Positions 1 to 13,530 of a stretch of 64,000 bases of DNA are shown here, piece after piece; the stretch's first letter is position 1; each line of letters begins with the position of its first letter. The position numbers and the translations under genes are program-made. Below the pieces are notes generated by a model. The model had not been told where the DNA came from. It ran no database searches and saw only the letters and a list, made by a program, of their open reading frames with translations. The stretch comes from Octopus sinensis (taxonomy: Eukaryota), in the NCBI RefSeq assembly GCF_006345805.1, contig NC_043005.1, positions 18,972,001 through 19,036,000 of the forward strand. Reading direction: 5' to 3'.

Positions 1-71
1 GCGTTATACTAATACATCTGTTTGTTTTGTACACCACCTGTCTTCGTCTTTGTTTTTTTTCGTAAACTTTC

Positions 72-72
<1 letters not shown>
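1..72 (+). repeat. 3' part of a dispersed HHR-bearing element, running into (TA)n
   Basis: Reverse complement of 45914-45986 (about 95% identical by eye); that copy lies just downstream of the HHR-like motif at 46004-46039. Confidence 0.8.

Positions 73-74
<2 letters not shown>

Positions 75-143
<69 letters not shown>
75..143. repeat. (TA)n microsatellite, representative of dozens of (TA)n/(CA)n/(GA)n tracts in the window
   Basis: Direct reading; source of the IYIYIY, CVCVCV, HTHTHT and LSLSLS ORFs. Confidence 0.99.
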
Positions 144-153
<10 letters not shown>

Positions 154-250
154 GTGTATGTGTGTGTATCTGTGTGTGTGTTATTAATAAAGCTGCAAAG
201 ACATCACAAAAATTGTTACCCAGAGTTTCGCGTTTCCGTTCGTCAAGCAG

Positions 251-293
<43 letters not shown>

Positions 294-341
294 CTTACAT
301 ATAAATAACTGTGTATGTATATGAGCATGTGCCTATATATG

Positions 342-380
<39 letters not shown>

Positions 381-775
381 GAACACAAAAAACGCATACA
401 TACGTTTCTATGTGTATTTAAGTGTGTGTCTGTGTGTGTTTGTGTGTATATGCGTGTATGTGTGCGCGCGCGTTTGGGCGTATGTGTAGGTTTAATCTTT
501 TGCATGCCAGTTATTTTTCCAGTCTTCCTAGAGCATATGTTTTGTCAACCATCATTTTACAGCTGTCCATCGCCATTAGTTTCTTTGCACGAAGACTGTT
601 ATTGAAAGCACACATTTCTGTAAACTTCGTTTCACTAATTTATTTTCTGTTTCAAATATCAACAAACTACAAATCTGTTTCTTTCGTCTATTAATTCGTC
701 TTCATTTCATTAAGTCTTGCTTTCTATTTCAGGCTCTGGTTTCGTGTTTGCTTTTGCAGCGTCCTTTAACTCTCA

Positions 776-870
<95 letters not shown>

Positions 871-1041
871 ACCACACACATAAACCAAGCTCACAAATAC
901 ATACAGGCAACGCAAATCAAATAAATATTCACACAGATAACGCTACACACGCATACACCCATAAGCACAGCAAAGCCATATACAGGTAACTCTCAGTAAA
1001 TACACTTATATACGCCTGCATACAGACAACGGTACACATAC

Positions 1042-1273
1042 TCGAGTTAACGATGGAGCTTATATTTCGGGTGACCACATACAACGATAGGAAACCGGCT
1101 GTGAGAAAAATACGAATGTAAACATTTTTCTTCCATGCTTTTGGTGTGTGAGAATACGAAGTGAGCTGTCTCGTAACGGAACTTTTCACGAATTGTAAAC
1201 CGCTCCTCAGATATAGAATTCCGGTTTCCCGGTTTTCTTCGCCAAACACCAGCATGGAATATTTAACTACCAT
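1042..1273 (-). CDS. Candidate coding exon of an unidentified gene (possible signal-anchor N-terminus)
   Basis: Non-repetitive ORF MVVKYSML...KKNVYIRIFLTAGFLSLYVVTRN; A|GTATGT donor-like site at 1041-1036; acceptor-like TTTACAG near 1306; no recognised homology. Confidence 0.3.
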
Positions 1274-1705
1274 ATAAAGCAGATATAAATTTAGCTATTA
1301 CTCCACTGTAAAGTGTAATATGCCTACTTTTGTTTTTGACAGTTCATCATTACTTAGATATCAATTAAGCAGTTTATAGTTTATGCACAACACGCCGTTA
1401 AGCAGAGAGACTGAAATAAATATGTTTTAGAAAGCCTAGCTGTCAGAGAAACATTAATGTGAGTTCGTTGCTTCGATGATTTTGCTGTGCAAGAACGGAG
1501 CGAAAGTCTCCTGGCGCCCATATTACGTTTTATTGATTGCTCCTTACAAGAAAAAAATACACAACACAGATACACACATGCATATAGAAATACATACATA
1601 CTTATACATACATACTATATGCACATGTACATACAAAGATATTTACATCGATACATCCTTCGTATCTCGTGTCAGATTTGCCTGCCTGCCTGTACATATG
1701 CATAG

Positions 1706-1937
1706 GTCTGGATAAAGAATGTCTGAAACAGCAACAGTATACAAGTCTCCATCCGCTAAGTTCCCCCCCACCCCGATGTTATCCAATGGGAAAACCATGT
1801 CTCGCAGTAGTATCGTCGAAGATTTTGCCGCCAGAATGCAAAGAACCGATTCATACACCTTTAAACCTCTTGTCTGGCGGTCTAACATGTCCAACATTCC
1901 ACCACCTAGATGGGTCCAGTTAAATTATCATCACTGA
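1706..1937 (+). CDS. Candidate exon or short ORF (MSETATVYKSPSAKFPPTPMLSNGK...)
   Basis: GC-richer unique island after a CATAG acceptor-like site (1701-1705); ATG at 1719; two other frames are also open, so the frame is uncertain. Confidence 0.22.
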
Positions 1938-2530
1938 ACGTTTGAAGACCATGATTGGTATGGGTAGGATTTGAACTCAAAGTGCATGGCATTTTATCCA
2001 ATGCGCTAAAGCTCGTTATTTTGTCTCCCTTTTCATACATATCCACACTTAAAAACAATACAAATACATGCATAAAAACACGCAGTGGGACTGAACCGGG
2101 GACCATGTGGTTGGTAAGTAAGCTATTTACCACACAACCACTCCGGTGCCTATATTGTAGTCTTTACGTAAACATTTACAGCTTCAGTTCGGTAGGTTTA
2201 AACATACACATATAACAAATGATAACCGTCTCGTTATCTTACATTCAGTCAAACAACACTCTGTCATACATTCTGCCAATGATTTACATGGTCTAGAGCA
2301 AAAGATAACAAAACACAACATTTGCACAAGATTAATCTGTTTCGTCCATAAAATGACATTTTTTTATGTAAAAGCTTTAGCACTTTCACATTCGGTCTTA
2401 CTGGACACTTACTGTTGCACGCTGCAGAAATATCATAACGGACGAAAAGGTATATACGTGATTTAATGTGATTAATAGAGCCTGCTTTCGATGAAACACG
2501 TCTACAAACATCACACTTCCTCTCCTTTTC

Positions 2531-2784
2531 TTTTACTCTCTTTTATCTGTTTTAGTCATTTGACTGCGGCCATGCTGGAGCACCGCCTTTATAGTCGAGC
2601 AAATCGACCCCAGAGCTTATTCTTTGTAAGCCTCAGGACTTATTCTATCGGTCTTTTTTGCCGAACCGGTAAGTTACTGGGACATAAAACACCACCATCG
2701 GTTGTCAAGCGATGCTGCGGAGGACTAACAGACATCGAAAACATATACACACACCTACATATACATATACATAATATATATATA

Positions 2785-2843
<59 letters not shown>

Positions 2844-3010
2844 CATATACGACGGGCTTTTTCCAGTTCCGTCTACCAAATCCACTCACAAGGCTTTGGT
2901 CGGCCCGAGGCTATAGTAGAAGACACTTCCCCAAGGTGCCACGCAGTGGGACTGAACCCGGGAATATGTGGTTGGTAAGTCAGCTACTTACCACACAACC
3001 ACTCCGGCGC
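2531..3010 (-). mobile_element. tRNA-derived SINE, family A, with internal (TA)n
   Basis: Matches copies at 9221, 15951, 48100, 55381; head GGAGTGGTTGTGTGGTAAG with B-box-like GGGTTCAGTCCC; tail GACTGAAACAAGTAAAAGAG type. Confidence 0.92.
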
Positions 3011-3539
3011 CTATGTTGTAGTCTTTATGTAAACATTTACAGCTTCAGTTCGGTAGGTTCAATTTATTCTGTCAGCAAATACGTTGCATCATTATTTAAT
3101 GGAATTCTTCTAGTTACTCCAATTTACAATTAACTTTTCCTACCGTTCAAAACTTATTCCGAAATGTTTCAGGTTGTACTGAATGCTACATGTTGTGTCG
3201 TTTCTAGATTCCACTTCACCGTAGAAAAGTTGTGTTGGGAGTGGAGTCTTTCGAGGCTTGTCTGCATAACATGTCCTTACCCAGTAAATTTCACTGCTGA
3301 TGGTCTGTGATTAAATGGGTCAGTCAGTGAACCCTCCGAAATACCTCGGTCGTCGAATGTATGTTGTCGATGTTCACAGAAACATACAAAAGAACCCTAC
3401 AAAATATGCGTTATTGCGTGTATCTGTATTTGTGTTTGTTTCTTTGTGTATGTATGTGTGTGAATGTGTGTGTCTTATATCTTATATATGTATGCATGTA
3501 TTTATACATGCACACATGTATGGTTTCTGCATGTTTATG

Positions 3540-3578
<39 letters not shown>

Positions 3579-3656
3579 TATATATATATATATATATATA
3601 CATTAAAAACATGCACACCACACACAAAAAAACACACACACGTGGTATATATATAT

Positions 3657-3953
3657 ATGGTCCAGTGGTTAGGGCAGTGGACTCGCGGTTGTAGGATCGC
3701 GCTTTCGATTCCCAGACCGCGCGTTGTGGGTGTTTATTGAGCGAAAACACCTAAAGCTTCACGAGGCTCCGGCAGGGGATGGTGGCGATCCCTGCTGTAC
3801 TCTTTCGCCACAACTTTCTCTCTTTCTTCTATTGGCCTGCTCGCTTAGCCGGCGGAGTAGCGTCATTTGAAGGCTAAAACAATGCGAAGCGCATTGTGAC
3901 CAGCGATGTATAGCAACATCTGATAGCCTGGTCGGTCACGGTGATCACGGTGA
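3657..3953 (+). mobile_element. tRNA-derived SINE, head B + tail 1
   Basis: CAGTGGTTAGGGCAGTGGACTCGCGG...TTTCGATTCCCAGACC head; tail ending GTCACGGTGATCACGGTGAT; matches 22523-22826. Confidence 0.9.
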
Positions 3954-5245
3954 TATTTATATATATATATGTGCATGCATGCATACTTACAGTAACACAT
4001 ATATGCATACATACAAATATATAAACAAGCATACAAGCATTGGGTTATGTTCTTTAAACAAAGAACATCACAGGTGACAGATGCCGTGCACAATATAGAC
4101 TTTTATTGAAATAAAATTGGCCTATTAATGAACTGGATGTTAGCGTCATATCCTTGCAAAGTTTTATGAATATTGGTTCGTCGGTTTAGGCAATATAATG
4201 GTAGCAGTCAGACAGAAATTGCAATTTATATAGAAGATACCACGTTCCACTGAATTAGCAGGGCTCATTACATTAATCTGTTAAGGTTATTTCTCCACCT
4301 GTCATCTCGATAGGAACCGTTATCGCAAAGATCAGTGCTGGCTATAATTTTATAGAATATCTGTAGAAATATCCTTAACAAAATACGATAAAATAAAGTA
4401 CCCTGTTGAGCAGAAGGGTCGATGCCGTCGACATACCACCACCAACACCACCGCTGACGTTTTTGGTCTTGTGCAAAACTTTGAAACTGTTATTATGGTG
4501 TATGTGGAATGAAGTATTGTTTGATACAGTTTCGAATGTATGCCATCAATTCATTAAGAGAACCGATTCCTCAGACTGCTATGAAGTACTGGGTGTTCAA
4601 AAAGTCTCTCCGCGGGGAATTTTTTTCATCGAAACTCTCGAAGAGTTAGACTCTCCAAGACGTATTTCAAAACTTGTAGAAGAGTCAACTTGTGTATTGA
4701 AAATGAAGGATGACACTTTCAACACCTCTAATAAAGTTGTTTTTTTTTTAAGTCTTGTAAAGTCTAACATATACTTTTTGCAGTCTTATACCATCGTATA
4801 AAACTATTTTGCTATAAAATTCTTACTGCAGTGAGACTTTCTGAATACCTCTATATTACATTGCGTTTAAAGAGAGCAAGCAATTCCGATTTCATTGTTA
4901 CATGAAATGTCTTTTTACATCTATGCCTAAAGCTAACAGATGCTACTTCGTTTATTCTTCCTTTCCATTATAGAAACAAAACTTCTTTCTTCTTTTTTTC
5001 TTAATATCATATTCCTGCCATACATTTATTTCAGCAGATTCGAAAGTAGAGTCAAACACCGCGATAACAGCACTCAATTCTGGTAAGAAATTTCAGTTGT
5101 ATTTCATGTCAACCTTTCTTTCTCCCTATTTCATTCCATATAAAAAAATTCTCTTTCTCTCTCTATACATATACATGAGTGTGTATATGTTTGTGTGTTT
5201 GTGTGTGTGTGTGTTTGCGTGAATATGTATATGTGTGTGTATCTG

Positions 5246-5291
<46 letters not shown>

Positions 5292-5319
5292 TATATATAT
5301 ATATATATATAATATATAT

Positions 5320-5367
<48 letters not shown>

Positions 5368-5485
5368 TATCTAAACATGAAAACACAAAGAGAAAACACA
5401 ACAACGCGAGACGTGGAACAAATATATATGTCTGTACATATATATACATATATATACATACATATATTATATATTATATATATCG

Positions 5486-5518
<33 letters not shown>

Positions 5519-5658
5519 CATATACGTACATACACATTTAGGGTAGCGTTTCAATATTTTTGAGCTTTCTACTTTACTCGAAATCTTTATCCATCCGTAT
5601 GTTAGACTAAGTGGTTCCTGTCCATTTCTATTACTCAAAGGGCCTCTAAATTCATAGC

Positions 5659-5711
<53 letters not shown>

Positions 5712-5850
5712 CCTTTCTACTATAGGCAGAAGGCCTGAAATATTGCGTTCGAGGGAGAGTCGATTACATAAACCCCAGTGCTGAACTGGTACTTTTTTTA
5801 TCGATCCGAAAAAGATGGAAAGGAATGTTGACCTTGGCGGCACTCGGAAG
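5712..5850 (-). mobile_element. SINE family D fragment with (AAT)n tract
   Basis: Degenerate match to the D core (GACCTCGGCGG, ATCGACCCCGAAAGGATGAAAGG); adjacent (AAT)n at 5661-5711. Confidence 0.7.
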
Positions 5851-6115
5851 AACTGCCGCCGAGCCTTCAGTCCCACGTATTAATTACTCTGCCATCTCAA
5901 TAATAACAACGACGACAACTCATCACTGTCCCTTACCGTTTTCTTGATAGAGAGCTCTTCTCACCGAAATATCGAAATGTAAATTAAAATGAAAAACTCC
6001 TTTTTTTCTCTTCTTTTCTCTTCTATGTTCAATTCTCTGCCTCCAATTTGCAAAATTTGGCTTTTGAAGGTGTTTTAACAATCCATCGCATAACTTTTCA
6101 TTCAGCCTATCTTAA

Positions 6116-6747
6116 CCCCTTACCCAACAATTATTTTGAAAATAAATGTATTTTTTCAGACAAATTTTTTAATTGTTTTATTTTACTATGTTTTGAATGG
6201 TGATTTCGAGGTATATTTCAAACCTTATTTATTATGAATTTTAATTCAATAATATTGATTTTAAATTACCGCTTTGCATCTACCTCATCCTCATCTTCAG
6301 TTTCTTCACTTGAATAAAACTCTTCTGACGAACTTTCACTCTCATCAGATGTATCCAACCCTCCAAGAGAAGCTTCATAATCGCTATCATCATCAAAGCT
6401 CGACATGGTGGGGTTATAATATAAAGGTATAAAAAAAAACAACGTAAAAACAAAGTGAATACTTCTATTCATAAAATGTGCCTTCCAACCCTTCGACTGT
6501 CTCCAGGTGACTAAATCATACTCGGTCTTCAATGCCTTACTCAAGCGAAAGGTGGCAGAAATCGTCACTGCCAGACGTATAAAGTGAGCGAATATACTCG
6601 TATATGTCAAAAAAGAGTTTATAATAGACGAAGGAACTAGTTTGCTGTCGATTTTGGCGAGTCTATCTTTTGACGAGTTAACTCGCCGGAGATAGAAAAA
6701 AACGATTTCGGTCAAAACGCATATATTCGTTTCTGCCGGGTAAGGGG
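6116..6747 (-). mobile_element. Internally deleted piggyBac-like DNA transposon
   Basis: TTAA at 6112-6115 and 6748-6751; TIRs CCCCTTACCC / GGGTAAGGGG; subterminal GACGAGTTAACTCG; acidic transposase-like N-terminus MSSFDDDSDYEASL...EDEDE at 6406-6266. Confidence 0.85.
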
Positions 6748-6756
6748 TTAAAGACA

Positions 6757-6900
6757 TTCTTTGTTTAAATTCTGCTGAGGTCAACTTTGCCTTTCATCCT
6801 TTCGGATTCGCTAAAACAAGTACCAGTTGAGCACTGACTTCGGTGTAATTGAATAACCCTCTTCTCTAAAATTACTGACCTAGTACCAAAATTTGAAAGA
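6757..6900 (+). mobile_element. Degenerate SINE family D
   Basis: AATTCTGCTGAGGTCAACTTTGCCTTTCATCCTTTCGG core. Confidence 0.7.
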
Positions 6901-8528
6901 ATTATTATTTTGTTAATAATGTTAATAACAATCCTTGTTTTTTATACATACACGCATAAAAACATAGCTGACGGCATAAGAATTGTTTTGTTTAACTTTT
7001 GGATCTCAAAATCACATAACGCTATGAGTATTAACATGCAAATAGAGGGCTTAAAAACCTTTTCAATTGAAAAAGGTCGGAGGCTGCCAGTAGGAATCGA
7101 ACCCACGTTTCTGGTAGACATTACTGGCATTCAAACACTGACTAAAGGATTTCTTCGAATTTCTCTGACCACTTTGAGAAACTTTATTCTCATCTCAGTT
7201 GCATAAACCCACCCACCACCACTGCAGTTCCCGCATTAATCTATACATCCAGTCCTTCCTTCGCGTCAGTCTCAATGCAGTGGGAGAGCTTGCAAAGAAA
7301 AGAGGCATTGACCGTTTTTAACCAAGAAAGTTAAAAAATATCTGTGTATTTCCTATGCATTCTTCGATAACAGGAGTTAACCGAATATGATTTCTTTTCA
7401 ATACGTAAGTTGGAGTTATTGCAATCTTTATTAGTATTAGAGATTGCATATAAAAGCTATGTCCATCATATTTGACAAGAGCATTGGTTGAAACAGCTGA
7501 AATGTGTTATCTCATAAAGAATAAATAAATCTATGTATCTGTGTATTTACATACGTACGTTTTATGAATGTCTATATATGTGTGCATGCATGTATGTATA
7601 TACTTCTATATACGTATGTATATACATTATTTATATTATTTACATTTGACAGATATTTGTCCTCATCTTGTTTGTTGTTAACACAACGTTAACACAATGC
7701 AGATAATTTACATAATTCCTCTTAAATATTGAACTGTACATATGTATATATTTCCATATACGAACAACAACGCAAACGTTTTCAAACCTTTGACAAAAGG
7801 AAGGACTCTTGGAAAAAGAATTACAAATTTGACCCCTGGCTCCCAAACAAAACTATATTAAATGGTGAATAAGCGAAACGAAATAAAATCAACATTCACA
7901 TCAATTAGTGTATCTACTTTCAATCTTTTAAAACTTTTCTTACAAGTTGTACGTTTTTTCTCGCCGAACATCTTCAAAATACGACGAATTGGTGACATTG
8001 ATGTCAGAAAATGATTTCAATCTGAATAACCAAACACACACCAAGACAGAAGGACAAATTGAAACCGAAATAAATGAAAAAGCAAAGAGAAGCCTTTCTT
8101 TCTATCCACATGTTGTATTGAAGTCATTTTACATGCTTTTCTTGACCTTTAGTAAAAATTCTGTATACCTTTCGATAAAAAAGTAATAGGAAAACAAGTT
8201 AAATCCACCGAAAGATTAATGGTCGCTCATAGGTTGAAATTAATGGAACCTAAACAACATGACAATGAGTCAATAAATCAATTTGTTTTTATTTTAAAAA
8301 ACAATCACAAACAGTTTTTCTGTAAATTTAATCAATCGTAAAAAAAATTCTCCGAGCAGGAGGTAATTATAATGATTTCATATCATCATTGTGCTCTGTG
8401 GGCATAAAACCAGCCAGACTTAGGTTATGAAGAATTATCATCATTAGCAGTGACGATACACTGTAAAACCTAATTTGCTAAATTGAAAACAAGCATCGAT
8501 GTAGAAAATTAATGTTTGCAAGAATTAT

Positions 8529-9000
8529 TTGAACGGTAATAAAACCACGTTTGAAAAATATCAAGCACAGCCACAACAGCAGCGAAGGTATTTGGTAATC
8601 AACTGTAATAATTTTGGACGCGAACGAACGAGACGTCTCACATTCTCATTAGAGTGTCATAAGTGTGGAAAGCTAAATCACTTCACCAAATGTTGCCGGT
8701 CACTGCTTACCTGTAACATCATTGAAGCTTCTTGTGAACATAGCAATGCCTCTAAGCTCAACGTCAACGAAATAGTTCTTAACAATATTAAAGACATCTC
8801 TTGAAAATTGAAAACAGCTCCAAATTGAATGGAAACAGATAATAAGTTCATTTTGTCCAGCGTTTCTTTTTCATTTATTGACATAAATGGATTAGTCAGA
8901 ATATTTAACTCTTGCAGCCCAGGACTGAAAAGGAAACGATTTGCACAAATATTCATATATTAAGGTTATGGAGCAGGAATAGATTCTTCTCAGACTTTGG
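8529..9000 (+). mobile_element. Degenerate LTR retrotransposon (Ty3/Gypsy-like) gag remnant
   Basis: CX2CX4HX4C knuckle ECHKCGKLNHFTKCC; downstream sequence interrupted by stops. Confidence 0.55.
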
Positions 9001-9220
9001 ATTAATCAGAAGTGTTATTAATATCAAGATACATTTTGTTTTAACTTTAACAATCATGTAACAGTTATCTGCCCATTGTAAAGGGTTACGAAGTTTGCAC
9101 TACTTGTAATAAACATCTTCAGTATTAATGGATAACCGCTGCTCGTAAAGTACGTCTCTATTTTAGACGGAAAGTTAAGACAGAGGTAAGTAAACTCAAG
9201 AATCTTTGTGTAATATTGAC

Positions 9221-9630
9221 AGGCGCAGGAGTGGCTGTGTGGTAAGTAGCTTGCTAACCAACCACATGGTTCTGGGTTCAGTCCTACTGCGTGGCATCTT
9301 GGGCAAGTGTCTTCTGCTATAGCCCCGGGCCGACCAATGCCTTGTGAGTGGATTTGGCAGACGGAAACCTGTCGTATATATGTATATATATATATATGTA
9401 TGTGTGTGTGTATGTTTGTGTGTCTGTGTTGTCCCCCTAGCATTGCTTGACAACCGATGCCGTGGTGTTTACGTCCCCGTCACTTAGCGGTTCGGCAAAA
9501 GAGACCGATAGAATAAGTACTGGGCTTACAAGGAATAAGTCCCGGGGTCGATTTGCTCGACTAAAAAAAGGCGGTGCTCCAGCATGGCCGCAGTTAAATG
9601 ACTGAAACAAGTAAAAGAGAAAAGAGAAAG
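9221..9630 (+). mobile_element. SINE family A, full length
   Basis: Head-to-tail match to other A copies. Confidence 0.93.
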
Positions 9631-9858
9631 AGAATATCATTAGAATGGTGCCAGGTGTACTGTGGAACAACATGACTGCTCCATAGCATTGCTCTGGTGT
9701 CACATCTACTTTGCATTAAAATTACATAACATTAAATATTTATATCATTACTTTTCATCGTATCGGAGTCGATAAAATAGGTACCAGATGAGCACTAGGT
9801 GGACATAACCGACTAGGCTTCTTTTACACATTTCAGGCTGTGTGCCTATATTACAGAG

Positions 9859-9911
<53 letters not shown>

Positions 9912-9912
<1 letters not shown>

Positions 9913-10570
9913 CTTTTTTTCTTCTTTCAAATTTGCTTCCATTTCTTGCCGAGTGTCTTCCCGACTCCAAGGGCAAAGAAACTTATAGTATACATTGGTA
10001 GGCCATTAAACTAATCTCACTAGTTCGTTCATTTTTTTTTAAAGTTAAATTAAGATACATGGGTAGTAATAGTTCTCACATCGACAATGCTCTTCTCAAT
10101 ACGTGTGATGTACCAGTTAAGACAATCTTTTGCACTTCTTGCAGAGATGGTAAGCCAGGGATCATTCTCATATAATTTTCGGTTCCCTTCTTGATCATTC
10201 CTAGTGCTCCTACGATCACTAGTATTGTAACCGCCTTGAGATGCCACATTTTCTCAATTTCAATGAGCAGGTCTTTATTTTCTGAGCTTGTCAAACTCTT
10301 TCGCCGAGATATTATGATCACGGGGATGCTCATGTCGATCAATAAGCAAACTTTATTGTTTTGGTCTTTCACAACAATATCTGGTTTATTGGCTTTGATG
10401 GTTCGGTCTGTATCTACGGGAAAGTCCCACAGAATCGTTACATTTTCTCCTTCAGTTACAGCTTCAGGGTGGTGATTATACCACTTGTCGGCAATTTTGA
10501 TATTGTAATGCCGACTAATTAGCCAGTGTAGATATTGGCCAACTCTGTCATGTCTTAATTTATACTCCAT
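9912..10570 (-). mobile_element. 5'-truncated Dong/R4-like non-LTR retrotransposon (restriction-like endonuclease domain + 3' UTR)
   Basis: RHDRVGQYLHW, KPDIVV...LLIDMSIP and IVGALG motifs; (TAA)n at both ends. Confidence 0.88.
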
Positions 10571-10624
10571 TATTATTATTATTATTATTATTATATTATT
10601 ATTATTATTATTATTATTATCATT

Positions 10625-10915
10625 TCTCTTCATCACAGGTTTAGTTGGAGCTCCCGAAGTTTTGCATGCATAGCGGGCTTACTACCTGCAGCCTATGGTA
10701 CCATGCTATTCGTTCTTTTCAGCAATCTGATTCTTACCTGATTATTCTGGCTGTGACAAGGAGGCAAACCTTTTCTAACAGATCTACTGGGCACTCTAAT
10801 CCAGTTTCCTTTATATTTCTCTTGGTGCATTCTGATACTGTTCCCAAGGACCCAACAATAATTGGCACTATCTTCACCTTCTTCATTTTCCATAGCCATA
10901 CTTAAGAGGGTTGTA
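10625..10915 (-). mobile_element. 3' end of a second, divergent Dong/R4-like element
   Basis: Frame not in the ORF track reads LWKMKKVKIVPIIVGSLGTV...LLEKVCLLVTARIIR*, then 3' UTR, then (TAA)n. Confidence 0.75.
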
Positions 10916-11597
10916 TTTATTTACCTTTTCACCTTCCTTCCTGACTATTCGTCATTCAAAGGGTTATACAAAATCAACTATAGAGCATATGTGGTGCACT
11001 TTGATCTTGTCTGTTATGTTCTAGCACCTGATCTGTTTGAACTGGAAATCCCGGAGCAAAAATAAATTGCTCCATGTTCAATTCCAGAAAGGGACAAATA
11101 GAAAACTCCTTACAATTAGCACCGCACGATCGTCCCTGGAAAGGATAGACGAGGTTGAGGAATGAGTAATCACTGGGAACAGTTAGAAAAATGTAGACAA
11201 GAACATCAGAAAAGGAGGAGCGTGTCTAGACAAAAGTCAGTGAAAACACAGTTGGAGAACCATGTCTTCGTCTTGAACACCATGAAATCCTGTTTATATT
11301 TCACAAGAAAGGGCTGATGTATCGTCTGAACTTAAAGAAGCATTATTGGAAGAGGAGGAAATTCGATCAGATTTTGTGGCAGACTTAAAATGCTGGAAGT
11401 TAAAACCAGATGAGGAAGTTAATCAGCATCTGCAGGCTAATTTGCCAGAGAATGTAATAGGATTCGAATCTAATAGGATTCGAATAAGACCGGGAATTTG
11501 CATGGTGACAAGTTCCAATATCAGAAGCGAAGTGTAATCGTCATCATTCAACCAACAATGGTTGCCGCTTTTTCACATCTTTACCATTTACTTATAA

Positions 11598-11638
<41 letters not shown>

Positions 11639-12372
11639 CAAGCGCATACACACACATACATACACACACATGAATATATATATATATATATTATATATAT
11701 ATATAAATGTATGCATACACCGTGTGTAATTTATTTGTGCCTCTCTTTTTTTCACCAGTGTTTAATAAGTCTCAATATATTGTATAACGTTTGTGTAACA
11801 CGTTTCTACGAAGGAATGGTCCCTGGTGTTAAATGCAGCGAGCAAATCATTATTACATCGTTTGCTTTATTATGTTTTATTAGTAGTAAAGGCTTGATTA
11901 CTTGAAGCACAATGAAAGCAGCTATATTTTCCGCCAGATCTAAAGACTTCAGAAAGAAATTGCTTTCCTCCAGGATAATGGTAATTGCTTGTAATGCAGA
12001 TTTCTTCATTGTTTTGATCTAGGATTTCGTTTTGAATTGTTCGCGTCAGAATGCTAAGTTGTTGGAGATTGAACAGAAATCTCGAAATATTACTTATTTA
12101 TATCCCTTTACATTTGTTCTCTCTTTTCTCCCAATTTATGATCTGAGTTATTATTAATTTATCCTTTTCTTCTCTGTTTTCCAATGTGTTTTATGATCAG
12201 TATGTGGTTGATTGTCCAATATAGCAACATCGATTATGAAACATATTCATTTGTCCCTGCTCCAACGTTCATTTGTTTCTCCTTTGAAGTGACCCTCACA
12301 AAACAATCTTCAATTATAATTTTCCGGACTATTAACAACATTTAAGAATGAACATTTACAATAGATACATAC

Positions 12373-12403
<31 letters not shown>

Positions 12404-12640
12404 ATAAACAAACAAATATTAGTTATTTTATTAGAAGCGTCGAAAATGTGCATTGTACGATACAAATAAGAAGATATTTTTACGAACGCAGAGTTACCGT
12501 TAAAGCATCAGAAATCCTGAGTACATTACCCTAACATAGCGGTTGTTGACAAATTTTCCCGCCTCGTAAGAGAAATTTACCCAGTTATTCTATCCTAACA
12601 CCAACTCTGCGTTCGAAAGAATATCATCTTATTTTGTATG

Positions 12641-12671
<31 letters not shown>

Positions 12672-12677
12672 ATAGTA

Positions 12678-12718
<41 letters not shown>

Positions 12719-12932
12719 GGTTATGAGAGGTAATGTTGTCAAGAATACCGAAAGGTGTCAGGTAATGCTGAGTAAGTACTATGGACAGACTATACTTAAG
12801 CTCTAGGTTCGGTGGTTATGCCAATGAGGAGTTCAGTGTAGGTCATATATCAGTATGTGTATTTATTTAAAAAATTAACAGAATTAGCGAAAAATCCAAA
12901 GCTATGAAAGATTTCAGAACATTTATAAGTAG

Positions 12933-12980
12933 GTCTTACAGCTGTTTCCGGGATATATTAAATATCCCTTCATCGGAGAC
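12933..12980 (-). ncRNA. Minimal type-I hammerhead-like motif, CCGAUGA core variant
   Basis: GUCU-CCGAUGA-A-GGGAUAU(uuaau)AUAUCCC-G-GAAAC-AGCU-GUA-AGAC; palindromic stem III ACAGCUGU; element abuts (TA)n ending near 12714. Confidence 0.7.
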
Positions 12981-13499
12981 GGTGTGAAAAAATGGTTAAG
13001 CAATAGTTATTCAAGATAAGCTATGAAATAGAGAGTGAAGTGGAGGAATGAAAACATACGTAAGATATGCAAGGATATTGTATCTTCAGTTCCATTATTT
13101 AAACAGAATGGTATACATATAAGATATCTGTACCTTGTGATTAAGTTCCAATAGTATTTAAAATTGATCATTCCAATATATATATACACATACACCAAGC
13201 CTCGAGAGATTTCATCTTGGATCGCCAAGGCATCGTGATGATAAGGCCAGACACTACTGCAGCCCAAATAACCACTAGCTAATGCTTTTCAGAGCTCAAA
13301 GCGAAGACATGCAATGGAATTCTATTCACAGATCTGGTACAATTCTGCTGTTCCAATTGCTACATGTCCACACATCCTTGTCAAGAAAAAAGGCCACTCC
13401 ACTGATCGGCATCGCTCACAACGCGAACCAATCTCTGGTCCACGGAAGTGCTGTCCGATTTCTTCCCCCACGCATCCCACTTCTCTCTCTCTCTTCCTC

Positions 13500-13530
<31 letters not shown>

